From Spirochaetia bacterium (GTDB lineage: Bacteria > Spirochaetota > Spirochaetia > SZUA-6 > Bin103), in the NCBI GenBank assembly GCA_965203515.1, contig OZ241907.1, positions 2,912,001 to 2,976,000 on the forward strand: DNA of 64,000 nt, read 5' to 3'. Below the pieces are notes generated by a model, which saw nothing but the letters and a program-made list of their open reading frames with translations, ran no database searches and had not been told where the DNA came from. A program made the position numbers and the translations under genes. Of the stretch, positions 41,631 to 51,620 are shown piece by piece (position 1 is the first letter of the stretch; each line of letters starts with the position of its first letter).

Positions 41631-42599
41631 ATGAAAGCGTTGAAGCATCTTTGGAAGGTTGTCGTAGTCGTGCTGGTGCTTGCGGGCTGTGAGGAAGCGG
41701 CGCCGCCGACAGAGCCCTACGACCTTCCGCCGCCGCCGGCGACCGAGCCGAAACCGACCCCGGAACCAACGCCAGCACCAGCACCAACACCAACGCCACC
41801 AAGCGCGCCCCCCGCGCCGCCGCCGGCTGATCCGGTGCCGCCGCCCAACGCCCCTTCTACGCAAGGCCCGATGAAGTTTCCTGCCGCCAGCGTGGCGTAC
41901 TCCGGCAAGGTTGGAGACAGCTTCAGCCAACAGTTGCCCGCGGCGACCGGCGGAAAGGATCCGATTGAATACTCGCTTATCAGCATCGGGGTTATCGAGG
42001 GTCTGCGGTTCGATGAATCGACCCGCACCTTGGCGGGAACCCCTACGAGCTCGGGTAGCGAGCGGATGTTGTTGTTTGCCATCGACTCCGGGGATGGGGT
42101 TTATCAGCGAGCGGCACAGATGTGGGTGAGGGTGAGCATCGAAGCGCTTCCCGCCCCGACGCCGGCCCCTGCAGCAGAGGTGAAAGAACAATGCGTATCG
42201 GTAAGTTTGGCGCTAAAGAACCACGCCGAGGCAACCCGACCGTCAGGAAGATATGGGGACACGGATGGACTCTTCAACATCAGGTGGACGCCAGCAACGC
42301 TACCTGCTTGGGTTCCCGCAGCCGGACGGCCGTCAGGCAGGGTTTCTCAGGACATTCGGAATCTGCGCTTATCTCCTTCAAGGGTTGAAGCGGAAAGTTG
42401 CACGCTGCGGGGAACGTTCAGCTATGGACAAACAACCGTCTGGCTTCAGGGACGGTGCGCAAGCAGTGGCATCTATAGTACCGCTTCAACCGGAGCGGCA
42501 TGGAAGCAGTACATGAGAAGTCATACCTTTAGCGGTAAGTGGATGTGTACGCCGCAGGGATGTCGGCAACCCAACCCCTATCGTCGGGAGTGTCGATGA
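41631..42599 (+). CDS. Lipoprotein with a Pro-rich linker and an Ig-like domain
   Basis: Lipobox LAGC; PT/PA-rich stalk; LPAATGG...GLRFDESTRTLAGTPT Ig-like motif; Cys-containing C-terminus. Confidence 0.7.
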   Translation: MKALKHLWKVVVVVLVLAGCEEAAPPTEPYDLPPPPATEPKPTPEPTPAPAPTPTPPSAPPAPPPADPVPPPNAPSTQGPMKFPAASVAYSGKVGDSFSQQLPAATGGKDPIEYSLISIGVIEGLRFDESTRTLAGTPTSSGSERMLLFAIDSGDGVYQRAAQMWVRVSIEALPAPTPAPAAEVKEQCVSVSLALKNHAEATRPSGRYGDTDGLFNIRWTPATLPAWVPAAGRPSGRVSQDIRNLRLSPSRVEAESCTLRGTFSYGQTTVWLQGRCASSGIYSTASTGAAWKQYMRSHTFSGKWMCTPQGCRQPNPYRRECR

Positions 42600-42758
42600 C
42601 CACGGCGCAGGTACTCCACTACGCCGCGGAGGCCGCCGCAGAGCACCGCGCCATGACCTCCGGCGCGTAGGCCGGACGTAGCAGAGGATAGTGACCATGC
42701 GGCGATATGATAACCGGCGGGACATCGTACTCCGCCGCTTCCGTGAGTGCACGGCGGG

Positions 42759-43904
42759 ATGATTCGCGCCCCGGTCAAGCCGGAGCTACTGCGCTGGGCG
42801 CGTGAACGCGCCGGCCTGGAGGTGGAGGCATTGACGCGGCGGTTTCCCAGATATCAGGAATGGGAGAACGGCGCCGCGCAGCCGACGCTCAGGCAGGTGG
42901 AATATCTCGCCAAGGCAACCCAGGCGGCGGTCGGGTATTTCTTTCTGACAGCGCCCCCCGACGAGTCGCTGCCGATTCCCGACCTGCGCACGGTCGGCAG
43001 CGTCCCCATGGGCCGGCCCAGTCCCAACCTGCTCAGCACCATCTATCTGTGTCAGCAACGCCAGGAGTGGTATCGGGAGTTCGCCAATGCGGAAGGGGAC
43101 GGTCCGCTGTCGTTCGTGGGGTCGGAGACGCGCATCAGTGACACCGAGCAGGTCGCAACGCGGATTCGGAACTCGCTCAAGCTCGACTTGGCGGCGCGGG
43201 CAACGCTCCCGACGTGGACCGAGGCGCTGCGTCACTTCATCGCCGCGGCCGAGGCGCTTGGCGTCCTGGTGATGGTAAACGGCGTCGTCGGCAACAATAC
43301 TCATCGCAAGCTCGACCCGGACGAATTCCGAGGGTTCGCGCTGGCGGACGAGGTCGCTCCGCTCATCTTCATCAACGCCGCAGACACGAAGGCCGCCCAG
43401 ATGTTCACCCTGGCGCACGAACTGGCGCATCTCTGGTTGGGTCAGTCGGCGCTCTCCGATGCCACGCCAATCTCGATGCCGGCGCACGCGGTCGAAGGCT
43501 GGTGCAACCGGGTAGCGGCCGAGCTGCTCGTGCCGCTCCCGGCGTTGCGCGAGCAATATCGACCGGAAGAAGATCTGTCCGCGGCGCTGACACGCTTGGC
43601 GCGCCGGTTCAAGGTCAGCACGCTGGTCCTGCTGCGACGGATTCACGATCTGGGAACATTGGGCGAAGCAGCATTTCGGGCTGCCTACCAGGCTGAGCAT
43701 GACCGTCTGCGGACGCTGACCACGGCAACGGGCGGCAGCTTCTTCCCGACCCTCCAGTCGCGCGTAGGGCGCCGCTTCGGCCGCGCGCTGGTGATCAGCA
43801 CGTTGGGCGGGCGAACCTCGTTCTCGGAGTCCTTCCACCTTCTCGGAATCAAGACGCCGGCGGCGTTGCGCGACTTCGCGGCCAGCCTGGAGATCGTCGC
43901 GTAG
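42759..43904 (+). CDS. HTH plus ImmA/IrrE-family Zn metallopeptidase
   Basis: LLRWARERAG...WENG HTH; EFRGF, FTLAHELAHLWLG, CNRVAAELL and FKVS. Confidence 0.9.
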   Translation: MIRAPVKPELLRWARERAGLEVEALTRRFPRYQEWENGAAQPTLRQVEYLAKATQAAVGYFFLTAPPDESLPIPDLRTVGSVPMGRPSPNLLSTIYLCQQRQEWYREFANAEGDGPLSFVGSETRISDTEQVATRIRNSLKLDLAARATLPTWTEALRHFIAAAEALGVLVMVNGVVGNNTHRKLDPDEFRGFALADEVAPLIFINAADTKAAQMFTLAHELAHLWLGQSALSDATPISMPAHAVEGWCNRVAAELLVPLPALREQYRPEEDLSAALTRLARRFKVSTLVLLRRIHDLGTLGEAAFRAAYQAEHDRLRTLTTATGGSFFPTLQSRVGRRFGRALVISTLGGRTSFSESFHLLGIKTPAALRDFAASLEIVA

Positions 43905-44000
43905 ATGGCGTATCTTCTTGATGCGAATGTCTTTATACAGGCCAAGAACCTCCACTACGGATTCGACTTCTGTCCGGCATTCTGGGACTGGCTCGTGACG
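43905..44000 (+). pseudogene. Truncated DUF4411 (PIN-like) toxin gene
   Basis: MAYLLDANVFIQAKNLHYGFDFCPAFWDWL, then an abrupt switch to unrelated GC-rich sequence. Confidence 0.78.
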
Positions 44001-44039
44001 GCAACACGCGCGATCGCGTGCGCCGACGCGCCGCGCGGT

Positions 44040-44768
44040 TCAGCCGCGTGGCATCGGCTCCGGCGGCTCGGCCCGGATGCCGGCGACGCCCGGGATGATG
44101 CGTAGCGGCGCTGCCCAGCGCACGGCGTTGACCAGCACGCGGACGATCTCCGGCTGGTAGTAGATCGGGTAGGTCTCATGGCCCGGCTGGAAGTAGAAGA
44201 TGCGGCCGTTGCCGCGGCGGTAGGTGACGCCCGAGCGGAACACCTCGCCTCCTTCGAACCAGGAGATGAAGATCAGCTCGTCCGGCGCGGGGATGTCGAA
44301 GCGTTCGCCGTACAGCTCCTCGTGCTCGATCTCGAAGTAGTCGCCGATCCCCTGCGTGATCGGGTGGTTCGGCTCAATGTTCCAGACGCGCTCGCGCTCG
44401 CCGATCTCGCGGTGGCGCAGGCTGCAGCGCGTGCCGAGCACCCGCTTCATGATCTTGGAGACGTGCGAGGAGTGGAGCAGGATCAGCCCCATGCCGTCGT
44501 TGGCGCGGAGTTGCACGCGGTCGACGGTCGCCTCGTCGACCAGGGCATGGCCCTTGTGGCCCCACCAGATCAGCACGTCGGTGGCGTCGAGCCGTTCCTG
44601 CGACAGCCCCTGATCGGGTTGGTCCAGGCTGGCGGTGGTCACCGCCAAGTCGGACTCGCGCCGCAGCCCCTGGGCGATCGCCTCGTGGATGCCGTGCGGA
44701 TAGACCGCGGCGACCTCGGCATCTTCCCGTTCCTGGATGAACTCGCACCACACCGTCACGTCGATCAT
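44040..44768 (-). CDS. thuA: ThuA-like trehalose utilisation protein
   Basis: VTVWCE, DVLIWWGH, LHSSH, ISWFEGGEVFRSG and FQPGHETYP. Confidence 0.9.
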   Translation of the reverse strand: MIDVTVWCEFIQEREDAEVAAVYPHGIHEAIAQGLRRESDLAVTTASLDQPDQGLSQERLDATDVLIWWGHKGHALVDEATVDRVQLRANDGMGLILLHSSHVSKIMKRVLGTRCSLRHREIGERERVWNIEPNHPITQGIGDYFEIEHEELYGERFDIPAPDELIFISWFEGGEVFRSGVTYRRGNGRIFYFQPGHETYPIYYQPEIVRVLVNAVRWAAPLRIIPGVAGIRAEPPEPMPRG

Positions 44769-44806
44769 GCCGCCAGCCTATGCCAGCGCCGGCCGGGCCG
44801 TCGAGC

Positions 44807-45230
44807 CCAGGATCGGGGACCGTACGCATCGACCAGCACCACCACGCGCGCGGCCCTGCCTGCCGGTGCACCGCGGCCAGCAGTCGCGCGAACCACCCCG
44901 GCACGTGGATGCGGGCACTCACGGCTCGCATTCGAGGTCGCCAGTTGCTCCGTCATGCGTGCCGGCAGCACGCCCGGTCTCTTGAAGTTGCCGCTGCCGA
45001 AGCTCTGCCGCACCAACGGGTGGCGTGTGGCCAGTCCCATCCGTGGTGAAACGGTTCCTTGAGGATTTCGACGAACAGTCTCTTGCCGAAGCGGCGCGGG
45101 CAGGACAGGAAGTAGTGCTTGTCAGCGTCGTCCACGGACCGGCGGGCGTAGCTGGTCTTGTCGACATAGCAGAAGTCTCCTGGATCTGCGACCGCGTCAT
45201 GTCGGCGCCGGATGCGCACGGCTGTTGCTG
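44807..45230 (-). pseudogene. Degraded inverted copy of the 29.64-30.18 kb segment (5' part of the AAA ATPase)
   Basis: Fragments YVDKTSYARR, HYFLSCPRRFGK and SFGSGNFKRPGVLPARMTEQLA match the 29706 gene, with frameshifts. Confidence 0.85.
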
Positions 45231-45263
45231 AGCACCGTGTAAGCGTCCGGGGAATCCCACCCT

Positions 45264-46955
45264 CTACGTAGCGGGCGGCGGCGGTGGACGCGCGGTCGGC
45301 AGGAGCGCCAAGAAATCGGCACGGGTACGCGCGTGCGGCAGCTGCTCGAACAACTCGCGCAGATACCAGTACGGCTCTCGCCGGTTGGCCTTCGCCGTCT
45401 CGATCAGGCTGTACAGCGTCGCGCTCGCCGCAGCGCCGCGCGGGCTGCCGGCAAACAGCCAGTTCTTGCGGCCCACCACGAACGGCCGGATCGCCTGCTC
45501 GCAGGCGTTGTTGTCCGGCGTCAACTGCGCGTGCTCCACATAGCCGATCAGCTTCGGCCACTGTCCCAACGCGAACCCCACCGCCTTGCCGAGCGCCGAA
45601 CTCGGCAGCACCTGCTCCCGCTTGTGCCGCAGCCACTCGTGCATCTGCACGAGCACCGGCTCCACCCGCGCGCGCCGCTCGGCCACGAACCGTTCGGGGT
45701 CCTCGGTCCGGTACCTCGCTAGCTGCGTCTCGATGCGGTACAGCTTGGCGATGTACCCCAGCGCCTGCAGCGCCGCACCGCTACGGCTCGATACCTTGCT
45801 CAACGCCTCGGCGGCCTCCTTGAAGGCGCGCCGCACGTGCGCCCAACAGCCCACGTGCCGGATGCCCGGCTGGCTGCACGGCCGCAGGTAGCCCTCATAC
45901 CCATCGGTCTGCACGTAGCCCTGGTAGTCGCCGATGATGTCGGCCGCCACCCGTGCGGCCCGACTCGGCTCATACCGGTAGATCACCACCGGCGCCGCCG
46001 GCGGCCCGCCGCGGGCCACCCATACGTAGCTGCGCGTCGCGTTGGCGCGTCCCGGCTCGTTGAGCACCTGCACGGTCGTTTCGTCGATTTGCAGGATCGG
46101 TCCGCCGCGCAGTTGGTCGCCCAGCGCTGCCAGCAGCGGCCGACAGGCGCCGGCGACCGCCAGCATCCAGTCGGCCATCGTGCGCCGCGACACCGCCACT
46201 CCCAGCCGCGCGAACTGCTGCTCCTGCCGGTACAGCGGCAGCGCGTCGCAGAACTTCGCCGTGGCGATGAACGCCAGCAGCCCTTCGCTGGCGACTCCTT
46301 TGCGGATCAGCGCCGCCGGCGCCGGCGCCACCCGCACCGCCGCACGCTGCTCGTCGCCGGAGCCCTCGCAGTGATGGCAGGCGTACTTCGGCCGCACCGT
46401 GCGGAGCACCCGCACCTGCGGCGGGATCACGTCGAGCTTCTCGGCGGTCTCCTCGCCGATGCGGACCATGCGGTGGCCGCAGGCGCACTGCTGGTCTGCT
46501 TCGGGAAGGTCGACGACCCGCTCGACCCGCGGCAGCGACGGCGGCAGCGGTTGGCGGCGCGGGCGCCGGGCGCGGCTCGGCACCGGGGCGGCCGCCGGTT
46601 CGGCAGGCAGTGGGTCGACCGGCAAGGCGTGGTCGGCGCTCCGTTCGATCTCGTTGAACAGCCGGATCTGCTGCTGCTCGGCAGCGCTCAGCTGTTCGCT
46701 GCTGCGCCCGTACCGCCGGTTTCGGTACCAGGCGAGCTCCTCTTCATAGAGCTCAATCTTCTTGTCCAACTCCTGGACCTGATGATCCAGCGCATGGACC
46801 TGATGATCCAGCGCACTATTCCTGGTGACGAGTGAACTATTCCTGGCGACGAGTTGATCGTTGCGCACGATCAACTCGTCTTTTTCCAGGACCAGCAGCC
46901 GATTCTCCACGCGCAACCTGTCGCGTTGTTCGACCACCGACGGTGCGGCAGACAT
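45264..46955 (-). CDS. tnpC: IS66 transposase TnpC
   Basis: YGRSSE, zinc finger, LPLYRQ, IDET, QTDGY, CWAHVRR and DNNACEQAIR. Confidence 0.95.
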   Translation of the reverse strand: MSAAPSVVEQRDRLRVENRLLVLEKDELIVRNDQLVARNSSLVTRNSALDHQVHALDHQVQELDKKIELYEEELAWYRNRRYGRSSEQLSAAEQQQIRLFNEIERSADHALPVDPLPAEPAAAPVPSRARRPRRQPLPPSLPRVERVVDLPEADQQCACGHRMVRIGEETAEKLDVIPPQVRVLRTVRPKYACHHCEGSGDEQRAAVRVAPAPAALIRKGVASEGLLAFIATAKFCDALPLYRQEQQFARLGVAVSRRTMADWMLAVAGACRPLLAALGDQLRGGPILQIDETTVQVLNEPGRANATRSYVWVARGGPPAAPVVIYRYEPSRAARVAADIIGDYQGYVQTDGYEGYLRPCSQPGIRHVGCWAHVRRAFKEAAEALSKVSSRSGAALQALGYIAKLYRIETQLARYRTEDPERFVAERRARVEPVLVQMHEWLRHKREQVLPSSALGKAVGFALGQWPKLIGYVEHAQLTPDNNACEQAIRPFVVGRKNWLFAGSPRGAAASATLYSLIETAKANRREPYWYLRELFEQLPHARTRADFLALLPTARPPPPPAT

Positions 46956-47006
46956 GTCTCTACCTTACCTCAAATACCGCCGCCAGTCAAGATCGAACCA
47001 AGCCCG

Positions 47007-47360
47007 TCAGGCGATTTCGGCGTAGCTCAACTCCTCGTGTCGGTTCCAGAAATCGATCCCTGCCAACAGCATCCGCAGCTGCTCGGCGTCGATCTCTCGC
47101 CGCGCCTCGGCCGCCGTTCGCGGCCACGGAAAGCTGCCCTGCTCCAACCGCTTCATCCACAGACAGAACCCCGTCCGATCCCAGTACACCGCCTTCAGCA
47201 GTCGCCGCTGCCCGTTGCAGAACACGAACAACGACGCCTCGAACGGACTCAACCGCATCTGCTCCTGCACCAGCAGCACCAGCCCGTTGATCTGCTTGCG
47301 CAGGTCGGTCGCACCAGGCCGCACGTAGATGCGCGCCGCCTCCAACTCCAGCCGGATCAC
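47007..47360 (-). CDS. tnpB: IS66 accessory protein TnpB
   Basis: TDLRKQINGL, FVFCN and WDRTGFCLWMKRLE. Confidence 0.95.
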   Translation of the reverse strand: MIRLELEAARIYVRPGATDLRKQINGLVLLVQEQMRLSPFEASLFVFCNGQRRLLKAVYWDRTGFCLWMKRLEQGSFPWPRTAAEARREIDAEQLRMLLAGIDFWNRHEELSYAEIA

Positions 47361-47671
47361 TTCAGCGCCTCCAGCGCCGCCAGCACCTCGCGCAGATGCT
47401 CAGCGCGGACCGACGGCCACAGCCGCAGCACGTACCGCTCGCCGACCAGCAACTCCATCGTCGCGTGCTGCTCGGCGTCCTTGGCCCCGCCGGCCGCCCG
47501 CGCCAACTCGACCAGCGGCTGACGCCGGTCGGCCGTCTCCGGCAGCTTGCCGTCCCAGTTGCGCAGCGACCAGTAGGACAGACCATGCTGCTCGCAATAC
47601 GCCTTCTTCGTGAGCCCACTGCGTCGCCACGCTGCCACGTGCCGGCTCCAATACTCTCGTCCCTGTCTCAT
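47357..47671 (-). CDS. tnpA: IS66 accessory protein TnpA
   Basis: WRRSGLTKKAYCEQHGL HTH; first gene inside the inverted repeat. Confidence 0.88.
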   Translation of the reverse strand: MRQGREYWSRHVAAWRRSGLTKKAYCEQHGLSYWSLRNWDGKLPETADRRQPLVELARAAGGAKDAEQHATMELLVGERYVLRLWPSVRAEHLREVLAALEALK

Positions 47672-47751
47672 CGTTCGTCCCTCCTGCCAGGGACGATGTA
47701 CCTCTATATATCCCCTTGTAAGGTGGGGTTCACCGGACGCTTACAGCACCG

Positions 47752-47823
47752 TCACTCGTTCGTGAATCCAGTAGTAATTATTCCTGTGATAATCCACGCA
47801 TCACCGTAAACCTGCGCATCACC
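47752..47823 (-). pseudogene. 3' remnant of hexapeptide-repeat gene copy 2
   Basis: Reads GDAQVYGDAWIITGIITTGFTNE*, compared with GDAQGTVGLLATGLTDE* at the end of copy 1; the downstream flank also matches. Confidence 0.75.
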
Positions 47824-47882
47824 TTGCTGGCGGCGCCACCGTCAGGACGCCCTACCCACACGAAACCCGGAAGCTCCTCAAT

Positions 47883-50800
47883 TCAATTATATCGTTCGGC
47901 ACGATGTTCGAGCCATTGCAAACGACGATCTACTTCGAGCTTTGAACCGGCTTTGGCCAGCCGATCGATGATCTCAGCTAGACTATAAAAGGTCCCTCGA
48001 CTGTCCGGACCGCAGACTCTCCAAAGCAAAGAAAGAACGTCCTCGGGATATTTCTCTGGAGCTTGTGAAGACGATATGAAATGAAGATCCAGCGACTCGC
48101 CATCGAATGGAACCATATATGGGTCAATTTGCTTAAACGCCGCAGGAAACTCATCGCCTGCTGCAATAACCAGTCCAATGAACGACTCCGTGAGTGATAC
48201 ATTACGAAACTCTCTTTCCTTGGGCCAAACATCATCGAAAAACGATGCAATCGTGTCGCGCCAAAATAGCTCGGCATTTGTATTCTCGTCAATCCATCGC
48301 CGTAACACTTCCAGCGCCCCAATTCGAATACTCTGCGACGCCCTGCGTAGAACGCTCGCGACATCAGACACGGTCAGTCCCCAGTCTCCAGGAACGGGAG
48401 CCAAAGCAGGTCTGAGAATATTGTCTGCGACGATGTCAGCATCGTCAACGGCCTTGCTTTCGATCGCGCCCTGCAACACCGCATCCCTGAGTTTACGCGT
48501 AACATCGGGCGTGATCCGATTGCTCAGCATCACCGCTCGGAGGGCCTTTCCTTCGTCATCCGAAGCGTCGATACGCTCCTTGATGACATCGACGCACGGC
48601 TGGCTGACGCCAACCACGAATGCCAGATGATGGGTGAGTACGATGCGTCCGAGCCGTCCGGGATTACCCACGTGGTGAGAAATCTCGCTTAGGAGTTCGA
48701 GTTGCGCCGCTGTTGGGGATTTGTCGTTTTGCTTCCTCGCATCAATCTCCAATAGCAATGTGTGAGTGACCTTTCCCGCAACTTCCTGGATCGCCAATTC
48801 AAATACATTAGTCGAGCGACCCAATGAGCTTTGCAGTTGTGTCGAGATGTCCCAAAGGCGCCTGAGCCAGCGGTCCATGTCCGCAATACGTGGTCTCGGA
48901 TCGGACATCAAGAGGGAAGCCAAGCCGGACGCCATCGGACGGAGAGACGCATCATCACTGGCGTTCGCCAAGTGATCGAATGACTTGACTGCCAAGTCGT
49001 CACGGGTCGGTTTGGATGCCTCGTGACCGAACTCTATTCCGAAAAGAAAGTCATTCCATAAGGTTCCGTTGGCTGAACTCAGGTCGGCGTTGGCGAGTAG
49101 ATCGAAGGCCCCCTGTGGATCGGATCGGCAGTACTTGGACCACCCAAGCCTATGCTCCGGTTCCGGCCGTCGGCGAAGTTCGCTTGCGACGCGTAAGCGA
49201 TCGTCTCCCGCGGCCTCGGCGATCGGTTCAGGATTGCCTGCAACAGATTGGGCTTCAGAGAGGTAGGAGCCAAAAAAGTCCTGGTCCTCGACGGCACGGT
49301 CGAGATATTCTCGTCGCTTCCTGATCGTTGATAGTTCCGTGACGCCGATTGAGGAAAGAGCATCTGCTTCCTGCAGCATCGTAAGACGAAGCCACACTTG
49401 AGTATCGCGCGCATGCTCACGCCAATCGACCTCATTCGGTTCGATCTGATATTTTTCGTAGAAATCGCTGGCGCCGCGAATTATCCGGTCTTCGACTTGA
49501 CTGGTCAAGTCTGGAGAGGCTGCGCCAGCCCGATCTTTCAGCAATAGCGGGACCTCTCGGTCATTAAGAAAGAAATCGACTTCGGAGGCAGACAATAACG
49601 TCCCCATCGCTTCGTCGGCTTCGAAGATATCGGTGGTTCTCATGGCATGGAGGCAGAGACGCAACCCTATCCGGCCGGGAAGACTCTTCCAATCGAGTAT
49701 ACGCCTCCTGACATGTTGCCGATCCTTCGCGACGGCGGCAGGAAGCACCTTCACCAACACTCGAACCAAGTGATTTACGCTGTCGCGATGTCTGTTTTGA
49801 GCATGCGGTTCAATCGATGGAACGTCGAAATCGTTGTGGTCGTGTTCTTTCGTGATCAGCTCCAGATCGGCTTCGAGATAGAGAGCGGATCGAAGTTGAG
49901 CTGTTGCGAGGTCTAGAGTACATAACGCGTACTCCTGTTTATCACATAGAGCATCGATCAACTTCTGAATGCTGAGCAAATCGGGAATTTCCATACGCGG
50001 CCAGACGACATCACTAAGGCGCTTGATCGGTTGGATTCCTTGCCTGCTTTCACGCAGCGCAAGAGATGGCGCAAGCAGTCGCACTGCCCTTTCCAAATCA
50101 CCATATACCGTCACGTCGCTCTTGAGACGCCTCGTCGCTTTATGAATTTCCTTCGATAGCTCGATGGGAGGATCGACGAGGCAGAAGATTCGCCATATAC
50201 GAAGCCATATCCGGCCCACGTCATTGCCGTAGAGCAGTCGCTGTTCGACTGCAGTTGTGAACGAAGGTCCGAGTCGCCTTTGCCACTCGCATGCGCACTC
50301 AAATCGTGCACGATCTTCAAAATCACGAGCGATCCACCTGGCTATCACGAAAGTGGCTTCTTCATGACTCCACAGACGTTCCTCCTCGAACACTGCAAAC
50401 CACGAGGGATCAGAGATCGTCTTGATCGCGACCGACCAGAGATCGCGATGTCCTCCAAACAGCCATCGGAGCGCCTCTCGAACCTTAGTGTCCGCATCCG
50501 CTACGGCTCCATCCAAGATATCGCTAGCTTGGTCGGTTCGCCAGCACCTCGGGCGGTCTACGACTTTTCCGAGTGCAGCCAAGTCACGCCAAAGTGGGGA
50601 GTGGTCGTGGGGACCCGCCTTACGGTAGGGTAGTGGCGTCACTGCGAGCGTGCCCCACGCCGTGGACGCCTCTTTGGGATCATGCTTGTATGCGTCGAAT
50701 GCATACACGGGCTTGAGATCCGGAAAGCGTATGCGATCGGCTTCAAGCACATTGAGGAAATAGCGAACCGGAGCATCACTCGCACTGTAGCCCACCAGAA

Positions 50801-51443
50801 CGATCGTCTTGCACCGTGCCAGATCGAAGAGGAAGCGCGATACCCAGCCGGATCGCATGTAGGCGTCTCCATAGTCGGCGCTGGAATGTACCAGAGGCGT
50901 AGATTCAAGTCCGAGATCTCTATCGGCGAGACGACCGTGAATATGGATGATTCCCGAGAAGGCCGCGCTTCCCGGTGCAGGAATCGATTGACCGGCAAAG
51001 CTGATATTGGCTATCTTTTCGTTGGTGAAGTCCGTAACTGCCCGTTCCAACAGTGTGTCGAAGTTCGTCGTCACCACTGAAACCCGGTTATCCCGACCAC
51101 GGGACAGACGAAGGATCGTACGATGCTGGTCGAGTTCAGGATCGTCGGGCACCGCAAGTAGATCGGAAACAGTGGCCGTGACACGGTCTGGGTCGGACAA
51201 CCGGCGACTGAGAGAGCCTAACACCTCCTCGAAGCGACCCCGGTCGAACGAACATCTTTCCGAGTCCGTCTTGTCGACCCCTATCTTCGAGTAGGTGTCC
51301 TCAACCAGCCGTTGAAAGCCGGGCATCTGCGGCGCACTCACCCCGGTGCCGCAAAGGAATATCACGTCTCCGGCAAGTAGAGAGTCGACGAAATCACCGG
51401 GGAAATCGGGGCCGTCTTCGGAAAAGCTGAGTGTCCCGGCCAT
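47883..51443 (-). CDS. Large SIR2-domain protein, Dsr1-like anti-phage NADase candidate
   Basis: GPDFP...VIFLCGTGVS, VTTNFD, HIHG, DYGDAY and VLVGYSASD; 1186 aa; low GC. Confidence 0.82.
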   Translation of the reverse strand: MAGTLSFSEDGPDFPGDFVDSLLAGDVIFLCGTGVSAPQMPGFQRLVEDTYSKIGVDKTDSERCSFDRGRFEEVLGSLSRRLSDPDRVTATVSDLLAVPDDPELDQHRTILRLSRGRDNRVSVVTTNFDTLLERAVTDFTNEKIANISFAGQSIPAPGSAAFSGIIHIHGRLADRDLGLESTPLVHSSADYGDAYMRSGWVSRFLFDLARCKTIVLVGYSASDAPVRYFLNVLEADRIRFPDLKPVYAFDAYKHDPKEASTAWGTLAVTPLPYRKAGPHDHSPLWRDLAALGKVVDRPRCWRTDQASDILDGAVADADTKVREALRWLFGGHRDLWSVAIKTISDPSWFAVFEEERLWSHEEATFVIARWIARDFEDRARFECACEWQRRLGPSFTTAVEQRLLYGNDVGRIWLRIWRIFCLVDPPIELSKEIHKATRRLKSDVTVYGDLERAVRLLAPSLALRESRQGIQPIKRLSDVVWPRMEIPDLLSIQKLIDALCDKQEYALCTLDLATAQLRSALYLEADLELITKEHDHNDFDVPSIEPHAQNRHRDSVNHLVRVLVKVLPAAVAKDRQHVRRRILDWKSLPGRIGLRLCLHAMRTTDIFEADEAMGTLLSASEVDFFLNDREVPLLLKDRAGAASPDLTSQVEDRIIRGASDFYEKYQIEPNEVDWREHARDTQVWLRLTMLQEADALSSIGVTELSTIRKRREYLDRAVEDQDFFGSYLSEAQSVAGNPEPIAEAAGDDRLRVASELRRRPEPEHRLGWSKYCRSDPQGAFDLLANADLSSANGTLWNDFLFGIEFGHEASKPTRDDLAVKSFDHLANASDDASLRPMASGLASLLMSDPRPRIADMDRWLRRLWDISTQLQSSLGRSTNVFELAIQEVAGKVTHTLLLEIDARKQNDKSPTAAQLELLSEISHHVGNPGRLGRIVLTHHLAFVVGVSQPCVDVIKERIDASDDEGKALRAVMLSNRITPDVTRKLRDAVLQGAIESKAVDDADIVADNILRPALAPVPGDWGLTVSDVASVLRRASQSIRIGALEVLRRWIDENTNAELFWRDTIASFFDDVWPKEREFRNVSLTESFIGLVIAAGDEFPAAFKQIDPYMVPFDGESLDLHFISSSQAPEKYPEDVLSLLWRVCGPDSRGTFYSLAEIIDRLAKAGSKLEVDRRLQWLEHRAERYN

Positions 51444-51620
51444 TACGGTGCCGATGGGCCGGCACCGGGCCGTCCCCGATGTCGTACTCGTCCTGCGCGT
51501 GCGGCATGACCAAGCCTGCCATCAGCATCGCCGCTACGGCGGCCGCGTTTCCTCGAACCATAGGCGAGCTTCAGCTTCATGACCGGCGCAAGTAGACCGG
51601 AAGCGGACCGCGACTGTCAA
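51443..51620 (-). pseudogene. Promoter block plus frameshifted 5' part of hexapeptide-repeat gene copy 2 (45-aa leader ORF at 51443-51580)
   Basis: Matches 28976-29150. An extra A after TCG AGG shifts the frame, so the ORF ends in TAA overlapping the SIR2 ATG (TAATG). Confidence 0.8.

Larger units (their letters stand above)
45239..47744 (-). mobile_element. IS66-family element, copy 1 (2506 bp)
   Basis: Inverted repeats GTAAGCGTCCGG(G/T)GAA(T/C)CCCACC; 8-bp target duplication AGCACCGT at 45231-45238 and 47745-47752; tnpA, tnpB and tnpC present. Confidence 0.96.
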
